A DNA stretch of 63,139 nucleotides, counting the filler, from Rhabdomonas costata (taxonomy: Eukaryota), in the NCBI GenBank assembly GCA_019059605.1. It is 49 parts of 49 records of this genome, joined end to end, with 100 filler letters (N's around TTAATTAATTAA, not from the genome) between each part and the next. Parts side by side here need not be neighbours in the genome. Positions count along the whole stretch, not along the records: positions 50,352 to 51,541 come from JAHMHO010024285.1; positions 51,642 to 52,831 come from JAHMHO010024286.1; positions 52,932 to 54,121 come from JAHMHO010024287.1; positions 54,222 to 55,401 come from JAHMHO010024288.1; positions 55,502 to 56,690 come from JAHMHO010024289.1; positions 56,791 to 57,979 come from JAHMHO010024290.1; positions 58,080 to 59,269 come from JAHMHO010024291.1; positions 59,370 to 60,559 come from JAHMHO010024292.1; 41 more parts are not named here. The stretch is one strand, 5' to 3'. Of this stretch, positions 51,131-63,139 are shown one piece after another. A program made the position numbers and the translations under genes. A model generated the notes under the pieces. That model ran no database searches. It worked only from the letters and a program-made list of their open reading frames with translations, and was not told the DNA's origin. The stretch's first letter is position 1; every line of letters starts with the position of its first letter.

Positions 51131-54100
51131 CTGCCCCCGCGGCACCACAGAACATCTCCACTCCCATTCCTCCATGCCTAAAAAACTGCACATCCAGTTC
51201 GGTTAAACGCAACCAATCAGAACTTTTACGGAGCAGAGCACAGCAGCTCGAGCGATCAACAAACTGAATAAGGGGTGACCGATTGACATCATAGCAATAA
51301 AATTGATGATGATAATACACCTCTGGGTATGTAAAGAGCTCTTGCACTCGCCACCCCGACCCCCGACCCGCGCAGAAGCGTTTGTGCAAGTGCACGTACA
51401 AGTGCGAGAACAGGAAGCGGCATGCATTTCCGCGACATGAGAGTTCACAAAAACCAAAGCACCCGTAGCTGTGAGGTCTGATGAGGCACCGACCACAGTT
51501 CATTGGCAACTGCTGAAAAATTCCCCCCCCCACACACCACCNNNNNNNNNNNNNNNNNNNNNNNNNNNNNNNNNNNNNNNNNNNNTTAATTAATTAANNN
51601 NNNNNNNNNNNNNNNNNNNNNNNNNNNNNNNNNNNNNNNNNGCACGGGTTTAGCTGATCTTCCCATTGAATCATTGGGATGCCAATGGTTGTACACATGC
51701 CGGCATTTTGTACTCCCATGAAAGAAACAACCAGGCCTCTCGCCGGCAGATATTTCTATTTCCTGCTGCTACATTTTGACCATTTTGCTTGCTTGCTTGC
51801 GACAGTGTGGTGGCCTCGGAGGCGTACCGGCTGGACCCTGTCACGCTACTGCCGGTGTGGAACCCACCCCTGGTCCTCGACACCAAGTTGGATTTCATGA
51901 GTATCCCTACAATGCTTACCGGGGCCTACTCCCGCAGGGCAGGGTGGCGCTCTCGCCCGGCAGACTTGTTCAACGCAGGTCCCTTGCTTTTGGTCATCTC
52001 TCTCGAGCGACGTCTCTCTGGTTGCATCCCAGTTATGTCGATTTTTTTTGAAGGGGGGCGGGGGCGGGATAGAATGTTTGGCATGTTACCTCAAACGCAG
52101 ATTCAGTTCCCTGTGATTATAATGGGGGCGCCCGAGAGATTGTGCCTCAGAGAAGAACCGAACCCGAATTCCGGTTTCAATGCAAACCCATTGGAGTCGG
52201 TTTGTGGGACCGGGATTAATGAACTCCGGGCTTACCCCCTCCCTCCCCCATCAAAAGAAGAGGGTATCATCTGAATACACCCCGTAAGCTGTGAGGCCTA
52301 ACTCTCGGGAAGTGTTGATTGCCCCCGCACGTGTACACCGCCTTCCGTTTGAAGGCTTTGCATTGTCAGACTGCGATTGGCATCTTGGACATTACGAGCG
52401 AGGAGGCATCAGCCGACGAAGCGCAGCGAGCAGCAACCGCCGGAGGCATCTAAGCTCTCATACCCCTAGCAGCCATCGGCTCATCAGCCCATCAGCTCAG
52501 CATCGGCATCAGGGAATATGGGCCCTTACACTGTTCGGAGGAATCATGCGTGCATCTGCTCTCAAGACTTCAGCATATCAGCCCCCACAAGGCATGCGGG
52601 GTAGGGTTGGGCATCTGGGCTCAGGCATGCATCAGGGGTTGAGCATCAGGGCATCAGGGGTGGGTGCGTGGGCCAGGTGTGAGTGGCCATGGCGGTTCAG
52701 GTGGTGGGCGTTGTCAGGGTGCTCAGGGCTGGGGTCATGCGTTTGTGTGGGGCCAGGCACACATCACAATCACACATCGGGAATGCGTGGGTCGAGTGAA
52801 GGTAGCAGCATCAGTAAAGGCCCCCACCACCNNNNNNNNNNNNNNNNNNNNNNNNNNNNNNNNNNNNNNNNNNNNTTAATTAATTAANNNNNNNNNNNNN
52901 NNNNNNNNNNNNNNNNNNNNNNNNNNNNNNNGGTGTTGGGGGGGGGGAGCTCAGCTTCATCCTTCAGCCTTCAAATGACCTGACAGACTGTTCAAGGCAG
53001 ATCTTCCTCTGCAGAGCTGCTTGCGAGGCGTGATCTGAGCTGGGCATCGGCGAGCCGGAGCTGTGGCGCGTCAGTCTAGCTTTGCAGGACATTTGGTGAA
53101 TGCGGCACAGTTCGCCGCTCCTTTTCTGTGCAGCGAGGGAATCCCCAGCGAGGGAGAGGAAGATCAGACCAGCCTCCTCAACAGTCCGCGAAGGACCCAA
53201 TCAGCCGGCCGCTTTGTCACTGTGGCGGGTGCAGAGTCCGAGGCTTAAGCAGAACAGCGGTTGGTCCATGCAGTAGTCCATGACTTCGGAACCATGGTAC
53301 AGCCGTCTGCACCTCTGGTGAAGCGGAATTTCGCGTCTGCAGGGATTTCAGGGTCTGTAGGGTTTTCGTGTTGTGGAGGAAAGCTGTGGTGCTCTCAATG
53401 TCTCGATGATCAAAGACATCTGAGGTCCCAAAATCGACAAGAGGGTCTTGGGCTTCCGCAACAGCAGCATACCGCCTTCCCAGCGCTTCGCAAGGGCTGA
53501 GTGGATCACGGCCTGTCGAAATGCTGCCCTTGCAGATGTTTTGTAGACTGAATAGGAGTCCAACAGTGATGGCAGGTCTCTCTCTCTTTCTCACATATTT
53601 TTAAGTTCGAAAGCAACTGCAAAAAGCTAGAGCGATTTGGGTGTTGCTGGCAAAACGGCAAAAAAAAAAAGCGTGAAGACCTGCGGGCACCTATCGAAAC
53701 AGTCGCAGGATCTTCGGGGTCTTCCTCCGGAGGAAGCCCAAGCAGCCATGGGGTTCCGCTGCGACCCTTGGGAATGTCCCACGGTGCTGTCTCGTCCACT
53801 CCGGGAAGTAGCAGAGGGGACACCGGGTCGTGGGGCGGTGCCGTGCCGTGAGAAACGGACTGGACCCACACTACCTGCCACAAGAGAACGAGGAGAGGGC
53901 TATTGATTTGGCAGAGGATGGAAAAAACACATGACTTTTGGAATTATAATTTTTTTGATTTCAAGGACTCACGGCACTGCGGCACAGGCACAAGAGTTCG
54001 GGAAGAGTGCAACACAAAAACAATTTACAGGAAGAACGCGACAGAGATAGCAGGGGTGAACTAAGCACATAAGAAAACGAAGACGACAAAAAAACTGAAA

Positions 54101-54863
54101 CAGGATAGGAACGTGCGTGTGNNNNNNNNNNNNNNNNNNNNNNNNNNNNNNNNNNNNNNNNNNNNTTAATTAATTAANNNNNNNNNNNNNNNNNNNNNNN
54201 NNNNNNNNNNNNNNNNNNNNNGTGTTGGGGGGTGGGGGGTGCAGGGCGCGCGAGGTGTTGGATGAGGAGCGGTTCCTGTTCAAGCTGCGGTTCAGCAGCG
54301 CCGTGCAGCAGAGTGTGGAGACATGCCTTCGCAGGGGCAGGTTCGTCAGCTGAGTGGCACGTGCCCATTAAATTATATTGGCCGCAGGCTGATCCCCGTA
54401 TAAACGGAGTTCTATCCCGCTTGTGTCGCGGTCAACCCCTTTCACTGGGCACAACTTAGAGAAAGTCTTGAGCTGAGGATTTGTAACCTCAATGTAGGAC
54501 GCCATGTTGTTCACCATTGCGATGGTTTCCTCCATCCCTGTTATCGAAAAAGTCCACATCTCATCAAGGCATGCGGCATGCTCGAAAGACCTCCATTACT
54601 GCTCTGCAAACGGCGACCCAGCATGGATCACCGTCACCAGATTTGTGTGGGGCATCATATTTATGGCCGCCCAGTAAGAAAACTCACACAGAGTTTTATG
54701 AGGAATGAACCGTCCGCAGTCTTTTTTTCAACACTAACTAATGCCGGAGGGGAGGGGGGTGGCCGTTCACGATTGATGAACAACATTGCCAGGTCTCTCT
54801 TCCCAATTTATGGGTTGAAATTTCCGAAGAGGCATCCTGATCCTGCTCTGTGGTCCTCCACAG

Positions 54864-54977
54864 GAGCGTCATTGTGGTGGGGGATTTCAACGTGGCAGCG
54901 GAGCGGATCGACCACTGTGACCCCGAGAAGTGGGAGCGGGAGAACCCCGGGGAGAGCTTTGACACCACCCCCAGCCG
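54864..54977 (+). CDS. AP endonuclease (APE2/ExoIII family) exon
   Basis: VIVVGDFNVA..RIDHCDP......F...PSR; AG/GT-bounded. Confidence 0.8.
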
Positions 54978-57900
54978 GTGTGCCGGTGTGCTGCTTGATT
55001 CTCGTTCGCCCGCACTCGCTGTGTGTGCATGTGTGTTCGCTGGTTGACTCCTCCCGCGTCTTTAACCCGTGCTGATGCCGGAGGGACCCGCTAACTTGAA
55101 ATCAACGCAATTTGTTGGTTGATCTCTCGTCAAGTTCTGAGAGTTCTGTTGTGCCCTTCTGCTATCTATCCCACCATTCACGTGTTTTTCATCCCTTCCG
55201 CTCTCCATTTCGACTCACCCAGCTTCCGTCACCCTTTCTCTTTTTTCCTCCTGCTGTTGCCAGTGCTCGGACAGGGTTGAGGGGTCCGAGTCTTTTATTG
55301 GGGCGGAGGGGAGGGTGTGTGACACTATTTAATGCTGTCAAGCCGCGAACTCCTCCACCCCCACAAAACGCACCATAAAATAAATTGTGCATTGCTTTTA
55401 TNNNNNNNNNNNNNNNNNNNNNNNNNNNNNNNNNNNNNNNNNNNNTTAATTAATTAANNNNNNNNNNNNNNNNNNNNNNNNNNNNNNNNNNNNNNNNNNN
55501 NGTGGGGTGTGTCGGCCTCGGCGGCCTCCGTTTCGCGTTTCTGTCTTGGGGTGGTGTGGGGTTGGGTGGGGTTGGTGGCGTCTTGGGCTTGGGTGGTGCG
55601 TTGGGTTTTCGGGTTGGATTTCTCACAGGTTGGAATTTCGGGTGACGGTGCAATTTTCGCGTTGGTGTTTGTGTTTCGGGTTTCGTCTTCGGGTTCGGTT
55701 TTTGGCGTTCGGGTTCAGGGATTGGAACACAGGCTTGCTTTCTACGGGTTCGGCTTTCGGCATTAGGTTTCCAAACCACGGATGAGGCCACAACAAACTA
55801 CGGTAGGGTGATCTTAGGTCATACGGTGAACCAGACTCGCATGCATCTTAGTAGTATATGTGGTAGCCCCACGTAGATCCTAAGGTATTATGTGTGTAGT
55901 AGGTCAGGGCCTTGGTGAACACCTGGGGTAGGGATGGGCTGAGGTGTGCCATGATGTAACGCTTGATTGGCTCTGCGTTATGTCCCCAGTCAGTACAGTG
56001 TGGTAAACCATGGTGGTTCAACCCGTACCTATACCCTCACTCAGTGGTGCAGGTGGCGGTGTGGCATGTCCTAGGCTGGCACCTCATGTGGTCAGTGGTA
56101 GGACACACCACCATAGCGACATGATGGCTATGCACACCAACCCATGGGCGTGGTTACCCTGGTAGTAGAGTCATACGTCACGTGTTGGGCATTGGACTGG
56201 ATGTGGAGGCTCACCTTACGTCGTGGTGTGAGCCATGGTGGTAGTGCACAGACTGCTCGCGGCGGTGGTATCATGTCCTACCGTAGTCTTAGCTCCAGTT
56301 TCCGGTGGCCAGGGTGGATTCAACCGGACCTCATTCATCCCAGCACAGGTGGCATAAAGTTCTGTAGGCTGTGTCAACTCCACTATGCGTATCTTGTGTT
56401 TATGTGTTGGTGGTGATGTTGCTTTCCATCCGCATCCTCATGTCATCACAAGGTGTGTCAAGGGATACGTGTCAACCCCAGTGGTGGAAGTGGCCCAACC
56501 TACCACCCCGGTACCAGTACCGTGGCTCAGATGGCCGTTAGCGTCACAAGGGCATGGACCAGTTGCTGCTACCACACCCAACAACATGGGTGAGGGTGAT
56601 GCATAGCCCCTTGCTGATGGCTGGGTCTGTCGTACTGCCCTACGGCCACTACCCACACAACGTCAACACAGGAAGAGCTGACACAACCCCNNNNNNNNNN
56701 NNNNNNNNNNNNNNNNNNNNNNNNNNNNNNNNNNTTAATTAATTAANNNNNNNNNNNNNNNNNNNNNNNNNNNNNNNNNNNNNNNNNNNNGTTGGTGGGG
56801 GAGGCAATTGCGTCATTGGGGAGCAAACCGAAACAACACTGACATCAACGATGTCCAGAGGTTTGTTCTACTGAGTGGGCAGAATGCAGTAAAAAAACGG
56901 GATAAGCGGGAGATAAGTGCATTTTTTAGAGGGCCAGAACACCCAGAAATTCCTTGTGGAAACCCACCCTTCCCCTTTGCAAGTGTGCCGCGTACCGGGC
57001 CGCATGCCAGGCCGTTCACCCTCTGCCACTGCACTTCCACTCGCTGCAGTGCCCGGAAAGGCGAACGAAAAGGAAGGGAGTCCGCGGCCAGGCACGGTGC
57101 CCGGAGCTCGGGTGCTGCCGGTGCCACTATCTGGGCTTTCTGGTGGTGCTCGAGAGCTGGAGGCACTGTCTAAGATACGACAAAGCACAGGACATCCCTT
57201 AACCACGCACCAACGCGCAAATTGTCGTAAAAATATGAGCAGTGACCAGGCCTCATCAATCAACGCCAACCCAGGTGAGGCCGAGAAGGTAAAAAAGAAG
57301 GCAAAATGGAGAGAGATTTACATCTGTATGAGTGCGCGCGTGACTGGTGTTGAATTGACACATGCAACGAGGAAACCGAAGGAAGTGTGCCGGAGGGGGG
57401 GCAAAGTATCCCCTATAGGTGGAAGATGAAGTATGCCGCCGCTGCACCAAGAGCGGACTACTCTGTAGGATGGTGCTATTGGTACTCTCTTGGGATTCCC
57501 ATTTTCTTCAGTTGGTCGGTTGGGTGGTTGCGTCGGCATGTCTTCACTATTGCAAAGAATAAAAAACGACCAATTCAGCGCGGCGTCTACAGCACCACTG
57601 CAGAATACACCAACAAAGTATTTTTGAAACCACAGCACTGCGGCGGCAACAGCTCGCACGATTGTTGCGGTGTGATGGACACAAAAAAGTACACGGGAGC
57701 AACATAAATTGTGTCGGGCGGCTTGATGATGGGAATTTCCGCGAAGAATTGGGAAGCTGATCCGTTTCCTTGCGATTTTCGATCCTTTTGTAGGGTTGCC
57801 TGCACAACTGAAGTTAGTGATTTTTGTAATCTTTCTCTTGTGAGTTGGAATTTGCAATCTCGTAGCAACTCTGAAAAGGCTAGGAGGATAGGCATTAACA

Positions 57901-58087
57901 GAAAAGGAGCACGGTGAATTGGGAAGTGTGAAGACCAGGATGACAGGCGCAACTCAGGAGAGAAAGATTACAAAAACCCNNNNNNNNNNNNNNNNNNNNN
58001 NNNNNNNNNNNNNNNNNNNNNNNTTAATTAATTAANNNNNNNNNNNNNNNNNNNNNNNNNNNNNNNNNNNNNNNNNNNNGGTGTTGG

Positions 58088-59266
58088 TGTGGAGCAGCCC
58101 AGGGAACTGGTCCAGGGGCATGAAGCGCTCCGCGGTGAGGGCGGGGTTGGCGAGGTAGCCCAGGCCCACGCAGGAGCCGCCGACGTACAGCTCCCCACTG
58201 CCAGCAGGGTCCGTGACGGGGTTCAGCGTGGTGTCCATCAGGAAGACTTGGGTGTTGTGAATCGGCCTGCGGAGAGAGAATGTGAGCATGGAAGTGAGGG
58301 GGGGGGGAACTTTGTTCTGAGCTTTTAATGCCTGTGGCGTTTACCCAGTCGCTCTGCTCCGCCTATTTTGCATCGCATTTTTTTTGGCCCGGCGGGCTGT
58401 ATATTTGGCACCCCTTCCCTATTGCGGGGTAGGTCATGGGAACGGTATCTGACGGGGGGGGGGTGTCTGTTGCTGTTGGTGGGCTCTCCTAAGACTTCGG
58501 AAGTACGCACACCGCTGGCTGCCCCCAACTTGCCCACCGTGAATTTCTGGCGTGGCTCTTCCGACAACCAAAGAGAGCCATGGGGCCTTTGCTCCTCCAC
58601 TCGGCTGTCGGCTGTCGGTTTGTTGAAAGATCGAAAAAGTGTTTGGGTATTCCCATCCGTGCTATGGACACAGGGCTAAGCCGAATTCCTATCCCAACGG
58701 AGTGTTTCGGTCTCAAAAGCAAGGAGCTATCATCAAAGCAACTACAAAACTTGTCAAACGCCTAATCTGCAAAACAAAGCGGGAGGGCCACAGTTGCCAC
58801 TGGCCAGTTCACCAGTCTCAGTGACTGTCGCCCACCGGTCCCTCGCCAAAAGACAAAATGCCACAACCTCCTGGGGTGCCAGAACGGAGAACCCTAACGG
58901 TGCTGCATTTATTGTTTCCTGCCCCGCACACAACAACCAGAGCCTTATGCTCGCAACGAATGGTAAGAAGAATTTCTATGTATTCAAGAATATGTATATG
59001 TATTAAGGACGTTCAACCGACCAGTGTTCGGTGTGTTCGACTACGCACTCTGTTCAGGTTCAGGCACTCTCTTCTCGGCCACTCAGCATTTTGTCGGCCA
59101 TTAGAAATTGCACAGTAGGTGTGGTAAGTAGGCGTGGTGGGCACCTCCCGATGGGGGGAAGCAGGGTGTAGGTCTGCTCCCAGCGGTCTGGAGGCTGGTC
59201 CATCACCAGCGAGGTACACACGTGGGTCTCCGACGGGCCGTAGTGGTTGTGCAGCGTGGTCAGCAC
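58088..59266 (-). CDS. NRPS-type amino-acid adenylation domain, 2 exons (~59266-59145, 58266-~58088)
   Basis: A5 motif LHNHYGPSETHV, PPIGR|PIHNT, A6 GELYVGG..VGLGYL..P.LTAERF; an 878-bp GT-AG intron joins in frame. Confidence 0.92.
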
Positions 59267-59608
59267 CCCNNNNNNNNNNNNNNNNNNNNNNNNNNNNNNN
59301 NNNNNNNNNNNNNTTAATTAATTAANNNNNNNNNNNNNNNNNNNNNNNNNNNNNNNNNNNNNNNNNNNNGGGGTGGGTTGTGCCCCCCAAACCCTCAAAT
59401 GTGTGTGTCAAAATTATTCGCTCTGCTGAAGAGATCTACTTGAGGAACCGTTTGGTTACCGGAACGAGCCAAAATCTAGAGCACAACAGCGTAAATTCTT
59501 GCTGACACACTCCACCACGGGGCAAGGCTGGTAAAAGCCCAAAGTCCATCTCTCATGCTCATGCTTGTTTCACAGCAACGCCGCACAGGGGGGCAGGTGG
59601 ATCAATAC

Positions 59609-60355
59609 CAGGCTTGTGAAGATAAACTCGGAGCGCGAGGAGTTGAATTTCGTCAATAGAAAGAGTGCCTGAGACGGACCCCGCAGCCGGGAGTTCACAG
59701 TGCGCATGGCAATGCTGATGATACAGTTGTACCCTGGTAGGGGAGGGCGGGCGGCGGTGAAGACACTATCGACACAGGGGCTCTGAGATACATGGGAAGG
59801 TAAAGACACCCAATCATCCAGCAAAGCGGATGTGTTTTCCATAAAATCGACATGGGGGGTGAGCAGGGCATGGGGGCCGCCAACGCCACTGCTCGCCTGA
59901 AACCTTTTAATCAACAGCGTTCTGTCGCTCGCCGTGTACACAGCGGTCGTCAGAACTGCTTCAAGCACTCCGTCTACGCAGCGGTCCGGGCGGTGTCGGA
60001 CCCATCGGGCACCCGCCACACGCATATACTCAATAGGTACGGCAACCACGGCAACGTCGGTGAACGAGACTCTTCTTCCACGCACCTGAGCGAACTGCAA
60101 GTGCAATAATTAATGAAAGGAGAAGACTAAAAGACTACCGATGCATCTGTTGATGCGGGGGTTCTTCTGGGAGCTCCAGATCATCCGCAAGTTGGTGACA
60201 ACAAGGCTGCCCTTCTCGCCGTTGTTGCCCTTGGTTTCCTCGATGCTGTCCACCCTGTCAATCTCGAATTCCCCGCGTCGCAGCTCAAATTTCTCTACAG
60301 GCACATCAAAGACAATCTCACGGTCCACAGGGTTCTCGCCCTCGACCTGAGCCAT
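59609..60355 (-). CDS. BBS5: Bardet-Biedl syndrome 5 protein (BBSome), exons 60355-60139 and 59733-59609
   Basis: DREIVFD....LRRGE..ID....[20 protein letters not shown], then GYNCI.....[22 protein letters not shown]. Confidence 0.95.
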
Positions 60356-61700
60356 ATCCCTCCGCACGGTGGGCAGGTTAGCTCAAAAGGCTGGCAAGTT
60401 CATCCAAAAAGCTACATGCACAAGTGAAAGAAACGGGGAGCTAAGAAAAAGAGACAAAGACAAAATCCTGAAAAGTGATGCCTTTTTGTCTGTAGCTGGG
60501 CACGGCCCCCCGGGTGGTAGACTGCCACTACACGGGGCATCTAAACCTTCACAAACAACNNNNNNNNNNNNNNNNNNNNNNNNNNNNNNNNNNNNNNNNN
60601 NNNTTAATTAATTAANNNNNNNNNNNNNNNNNNNNNNNNNNNNNNNNNNNNNNNNNNNNTTTTTGTGCTCCTTTCTACACCATTCGGCGTGGCGAGCTTT
60701 TGTACACTTTTGGGACCACAGCCACTCTTTTACCGCCACAGTGCTGTGAAAATTGCTGTGGACTTCACTTTGTTAGGCATGCACCCAAGAGCATTATTTT
60801 CAGGTTCACATATCCAATGCGGCAACGGACACGCACACTTTCTCAGCTCAGTGAGGTTCTTCACAGTCGTGCCGAAGCTTCGCTGCAAAACGGAAGAGGG
60901 CAAAAATTTAAGGCAACTGGGACAGGGAGGATGGGAAACAACTGAAATTTGTTCACTTCCGATCTACTTTATCCACCCTCCAAGGTCGGCGGTGGGTGAG
61001 CAAGATCCTACTACTGAAAAAAATTCATTTTGCAGATGACAATCCGCGTTCCTGAAAAAGGAAAGTCGTTGCGTTAAATGGCAGTTTTGCCCAGAACCAT
61101 GCTTGCTCTTTGTGTTGGCCAACTTCGTCCAATCGAAGGAAGTATGCGCACCTAGTCTCCAAACTTGCATTTTTCTTCCGGGAGCTACCTACCCAATTAC
61201 CTCGAAAGGACAGCATCCATAAAACGACAAAGGCTGGTTTAAGATTTTGATTTGGTCATTTGGCGAAGTCGTGTCTACAATGATACAGTATACTGAGATA
61301 TCAGTGAACCCCCCAATTTAAAAACGCAAACCTCCCACACCCAAGCAAAAAGGCTCCACTCCATGATTCCTTAGAACCCTCGACTCACAAGTCATCGGCG
61401 TCTGATGCCACCCACACTATTGTCATGTGCAGGTTCCGTATCGCTGATGACGCAACCTTTTGCCCTTTTTCCTCGCCTGGTGTACGCCCTTGCGTGAGAC
61501 GGATAAACAACGACCACAGAAAAAGGTATGGGACGTAATTTGGGTCGTCAGACCGACCTAGACCGGCCTGAAGGCAATAAGGAAGAAGCCTAGCTGCATC
61601 TGTGCAAGAAGGACAAGAATTTCCTGAAGCTGAGACATCTTGATTGTTCAAACAGGCCAAGAAAAGCACCACCACCCCAACCACGAACAACATGCTCCAC

Positions 61701-61848
61701 CTGCATCTGACGGATCTCCCACAACCATGATAGTTGCGCCGGGTCCAGGCCCATGTCCATCCCTACGTCCATCAGGGCCACCCTCTCAAGATATTCAGCC
61801 AACGCACGCAGAGGCCGGGTGACAGCCAGGCTGAAGATCACTGTGGAG
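61701..61848 (-). CDS. TM-HAMP domain exon (receptor cyclase/kinase-like)
   Basis: AVTRPLRALAEYLERVALMD.........SWLWEIRQMQ; GT donor. Confidence 0.65.
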
Positions 61849-61959
61849 ANNNNNNNNNNNNNNNNNNNNNNNNNNNNNNNNNNNNNNNNNNNNTTAATTA
61901 ATTAANNNNNNNNNNNNNNNNNNNNNNNNNNNNNNNNNNNNNNNNNNNNGGTGGGGGGG

Positions 61960-62161
61960 GTACACCGTCAGGGCTGCACGAGGGCGTGCCCTACGCCGCG
62001 GTGCACATCCGGGCCACGGACAAGCTGGAGACGGAGCATCTTTTGCCTGTGTCGGGGTACCTGAATCTTCTACTGGTCACCCTGAGCTCCGAGCCTGCCC
62101 TGCGCCCCGTCCGCACCGTCTTCGTGCTCACTGACGGGGAGCCTGTGCTGCGGGAGATCCG
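61960..62161 (+). CDS. Fucosyltransferase-like (GT23/NodZ/FUT8-type) exon
   Basis: YAAVHIRATDK..E......Y ... VFVLTD resembles the HxRxTDK and ATD GDP-fucose-binding motifs. Confidence 0.65.
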
Positions 62162-62925
62162 GTTGCTCACTCTCCGTCCCTCACTCTCTGTGTCCGTGTG
62201 AAGGCCATCTTCGATGTCCTCAAAGTCTGGGTGACATTAACACCATGAGATTTTGGGGGCAGTGGTTATCATGATTTCCAATGGGGGATATGCTGTGAGG
62301 GCTTTTTGGAGCATTTCCATCGGGTCCGGGACAAATCGAACCCGCGTGGAGCATGAGGTGCTCCGCCTGTTACCAACAGGAGGTAAGACGCAGCTTGGTT
62401 GACGTCGACCGTCTCAGAATCTGTGCGAGAGGCAAGTGGATGGCCTCCAGTGACAGCTAAGCCGTTATTTCTGAGCACCAGATGACAACACAGACTCCCA
62501 TTGTAGTCGAGGGTGCATCCTATTTATGGTGTGTGTCCGTGATTGGGCTCAGGAGAACGGTGCGGCGCAACAGCAGCTTTGCTGGGCTGCGATTTGTGTG
62601 GATGCCCGAGCTGCGGCCCAAAGTGGGGATCACCCTGGAGTTCTTCCGCAGAGGTTTGCCCACCCATCCAGAAACGTCACTCCTCACCCCTTACCCTAAC
62701 CCCTACCTTACACCTCTTCTATGGCGGGCTAAGCGGTGACTCCATACCACACCCTAGAGCATCCAAGACCGTCAAAAATGGTTTGGGAACCTGTTTCAGG
62801 CTGAGTTGTGAAAACTAGGCATCTGTTTTTCTGGATTTCAAGCCGATGAGGATGAGCCAAAAACACATTCGGACCCTGCACGCTGTCCTTCACTATTTTA
62901 GCGACATCCCGCGGGAGCAGGACAT

Positions 62926-63054
62926 AGGGTTGTATTTTTCGGGGTGGGTGTTAAACGTTTAACAATATTAAAGTGCCCAATGTTATCCCAATCGGACACA
63001 AAGTCCCGAAACGTTTAATCCATTAAACGTTCAACACCCACACCCAAAAAATAC
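62926..63054. repeat. MITE-like element with ~30-bp imperfect inverted repeats
   Basis: gtatttttcggggtgggtgttaaacgtttaa versus ttaaacgttcaacacccacacccaaaaaatac. Confidence 0.5.
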
Positions 63055-63139
63055 TTTTGTCCTCAGGATATGTGAGTAGCTCGGAATCGTAAACACGGCG
63101 TCAGAGTACACTTGACTCAGAGTACAAAATATACAGAAA

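Noticed and set aside
55502-55770. Telomere-like GGGTT(T/C) repeats
   Set aside because: Too degenerate, with no clean TTAGGG array.
842-60611. Most ORF-track entries, especially those running into X stretches or antisense to real exons
   Set aside because: They are artefacts of GC-rich, intron-rich DNA, alternative start codons and N padding.
1236-61905. Regularly spaced TTAATTAATTAA as a CRISPR-like or biological repeat
   Set aside because: Always centred in 44+44 Ns; it is a standard six-frame-stop concatenation linker.

Overview
This window is not a contiguous locus. It is a pseudo-scaffold of 49 unrelated contigs of about 1,190 bp each, joined by 48 identical 100-bp artificial linkers (N44-TTAATTAATTAA-N44, stops in all six frames), so nothing can be inferred from adjacency across linkers. 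The DNA is from an intron-rich eukaryote: short GC-rich exons, GT-AG introns with polypyrimidine tracts, PRP19, BBS5 and EMC7. A flagellated protist, plausibly a euglenozoan, is my inference. Contig ends (G/T-only starts, C/A-only ends, fold-back inversions) suggest a whole-genome-amplified library. Recognisable gene fragments include sn-glycerol-1-phosphate dehydrogenase-like (EgsA/AraM), an NRPS-type adenylation domain, GTP cyclohydrolase II, transketolase, class III cyclases, a response-regulator receiver domain, PRP19, BBS5, EMC7, ASNSD1-like, a P-type ATPase, an ion channel, an APE2-like nuclease, an L-type lectin, GT25- and GT23-like glycosyltransferases, and CBS, RING and ankyrin domains. 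There is also a Merlin/IS1595-like transposon remnant. The strongest lead is the G1PDH-like gene, a normally archaeal/bacterial enzyme, carrying two clean spliceosomal introns. All protein calls are by-eye motif recognition; no searches were run.
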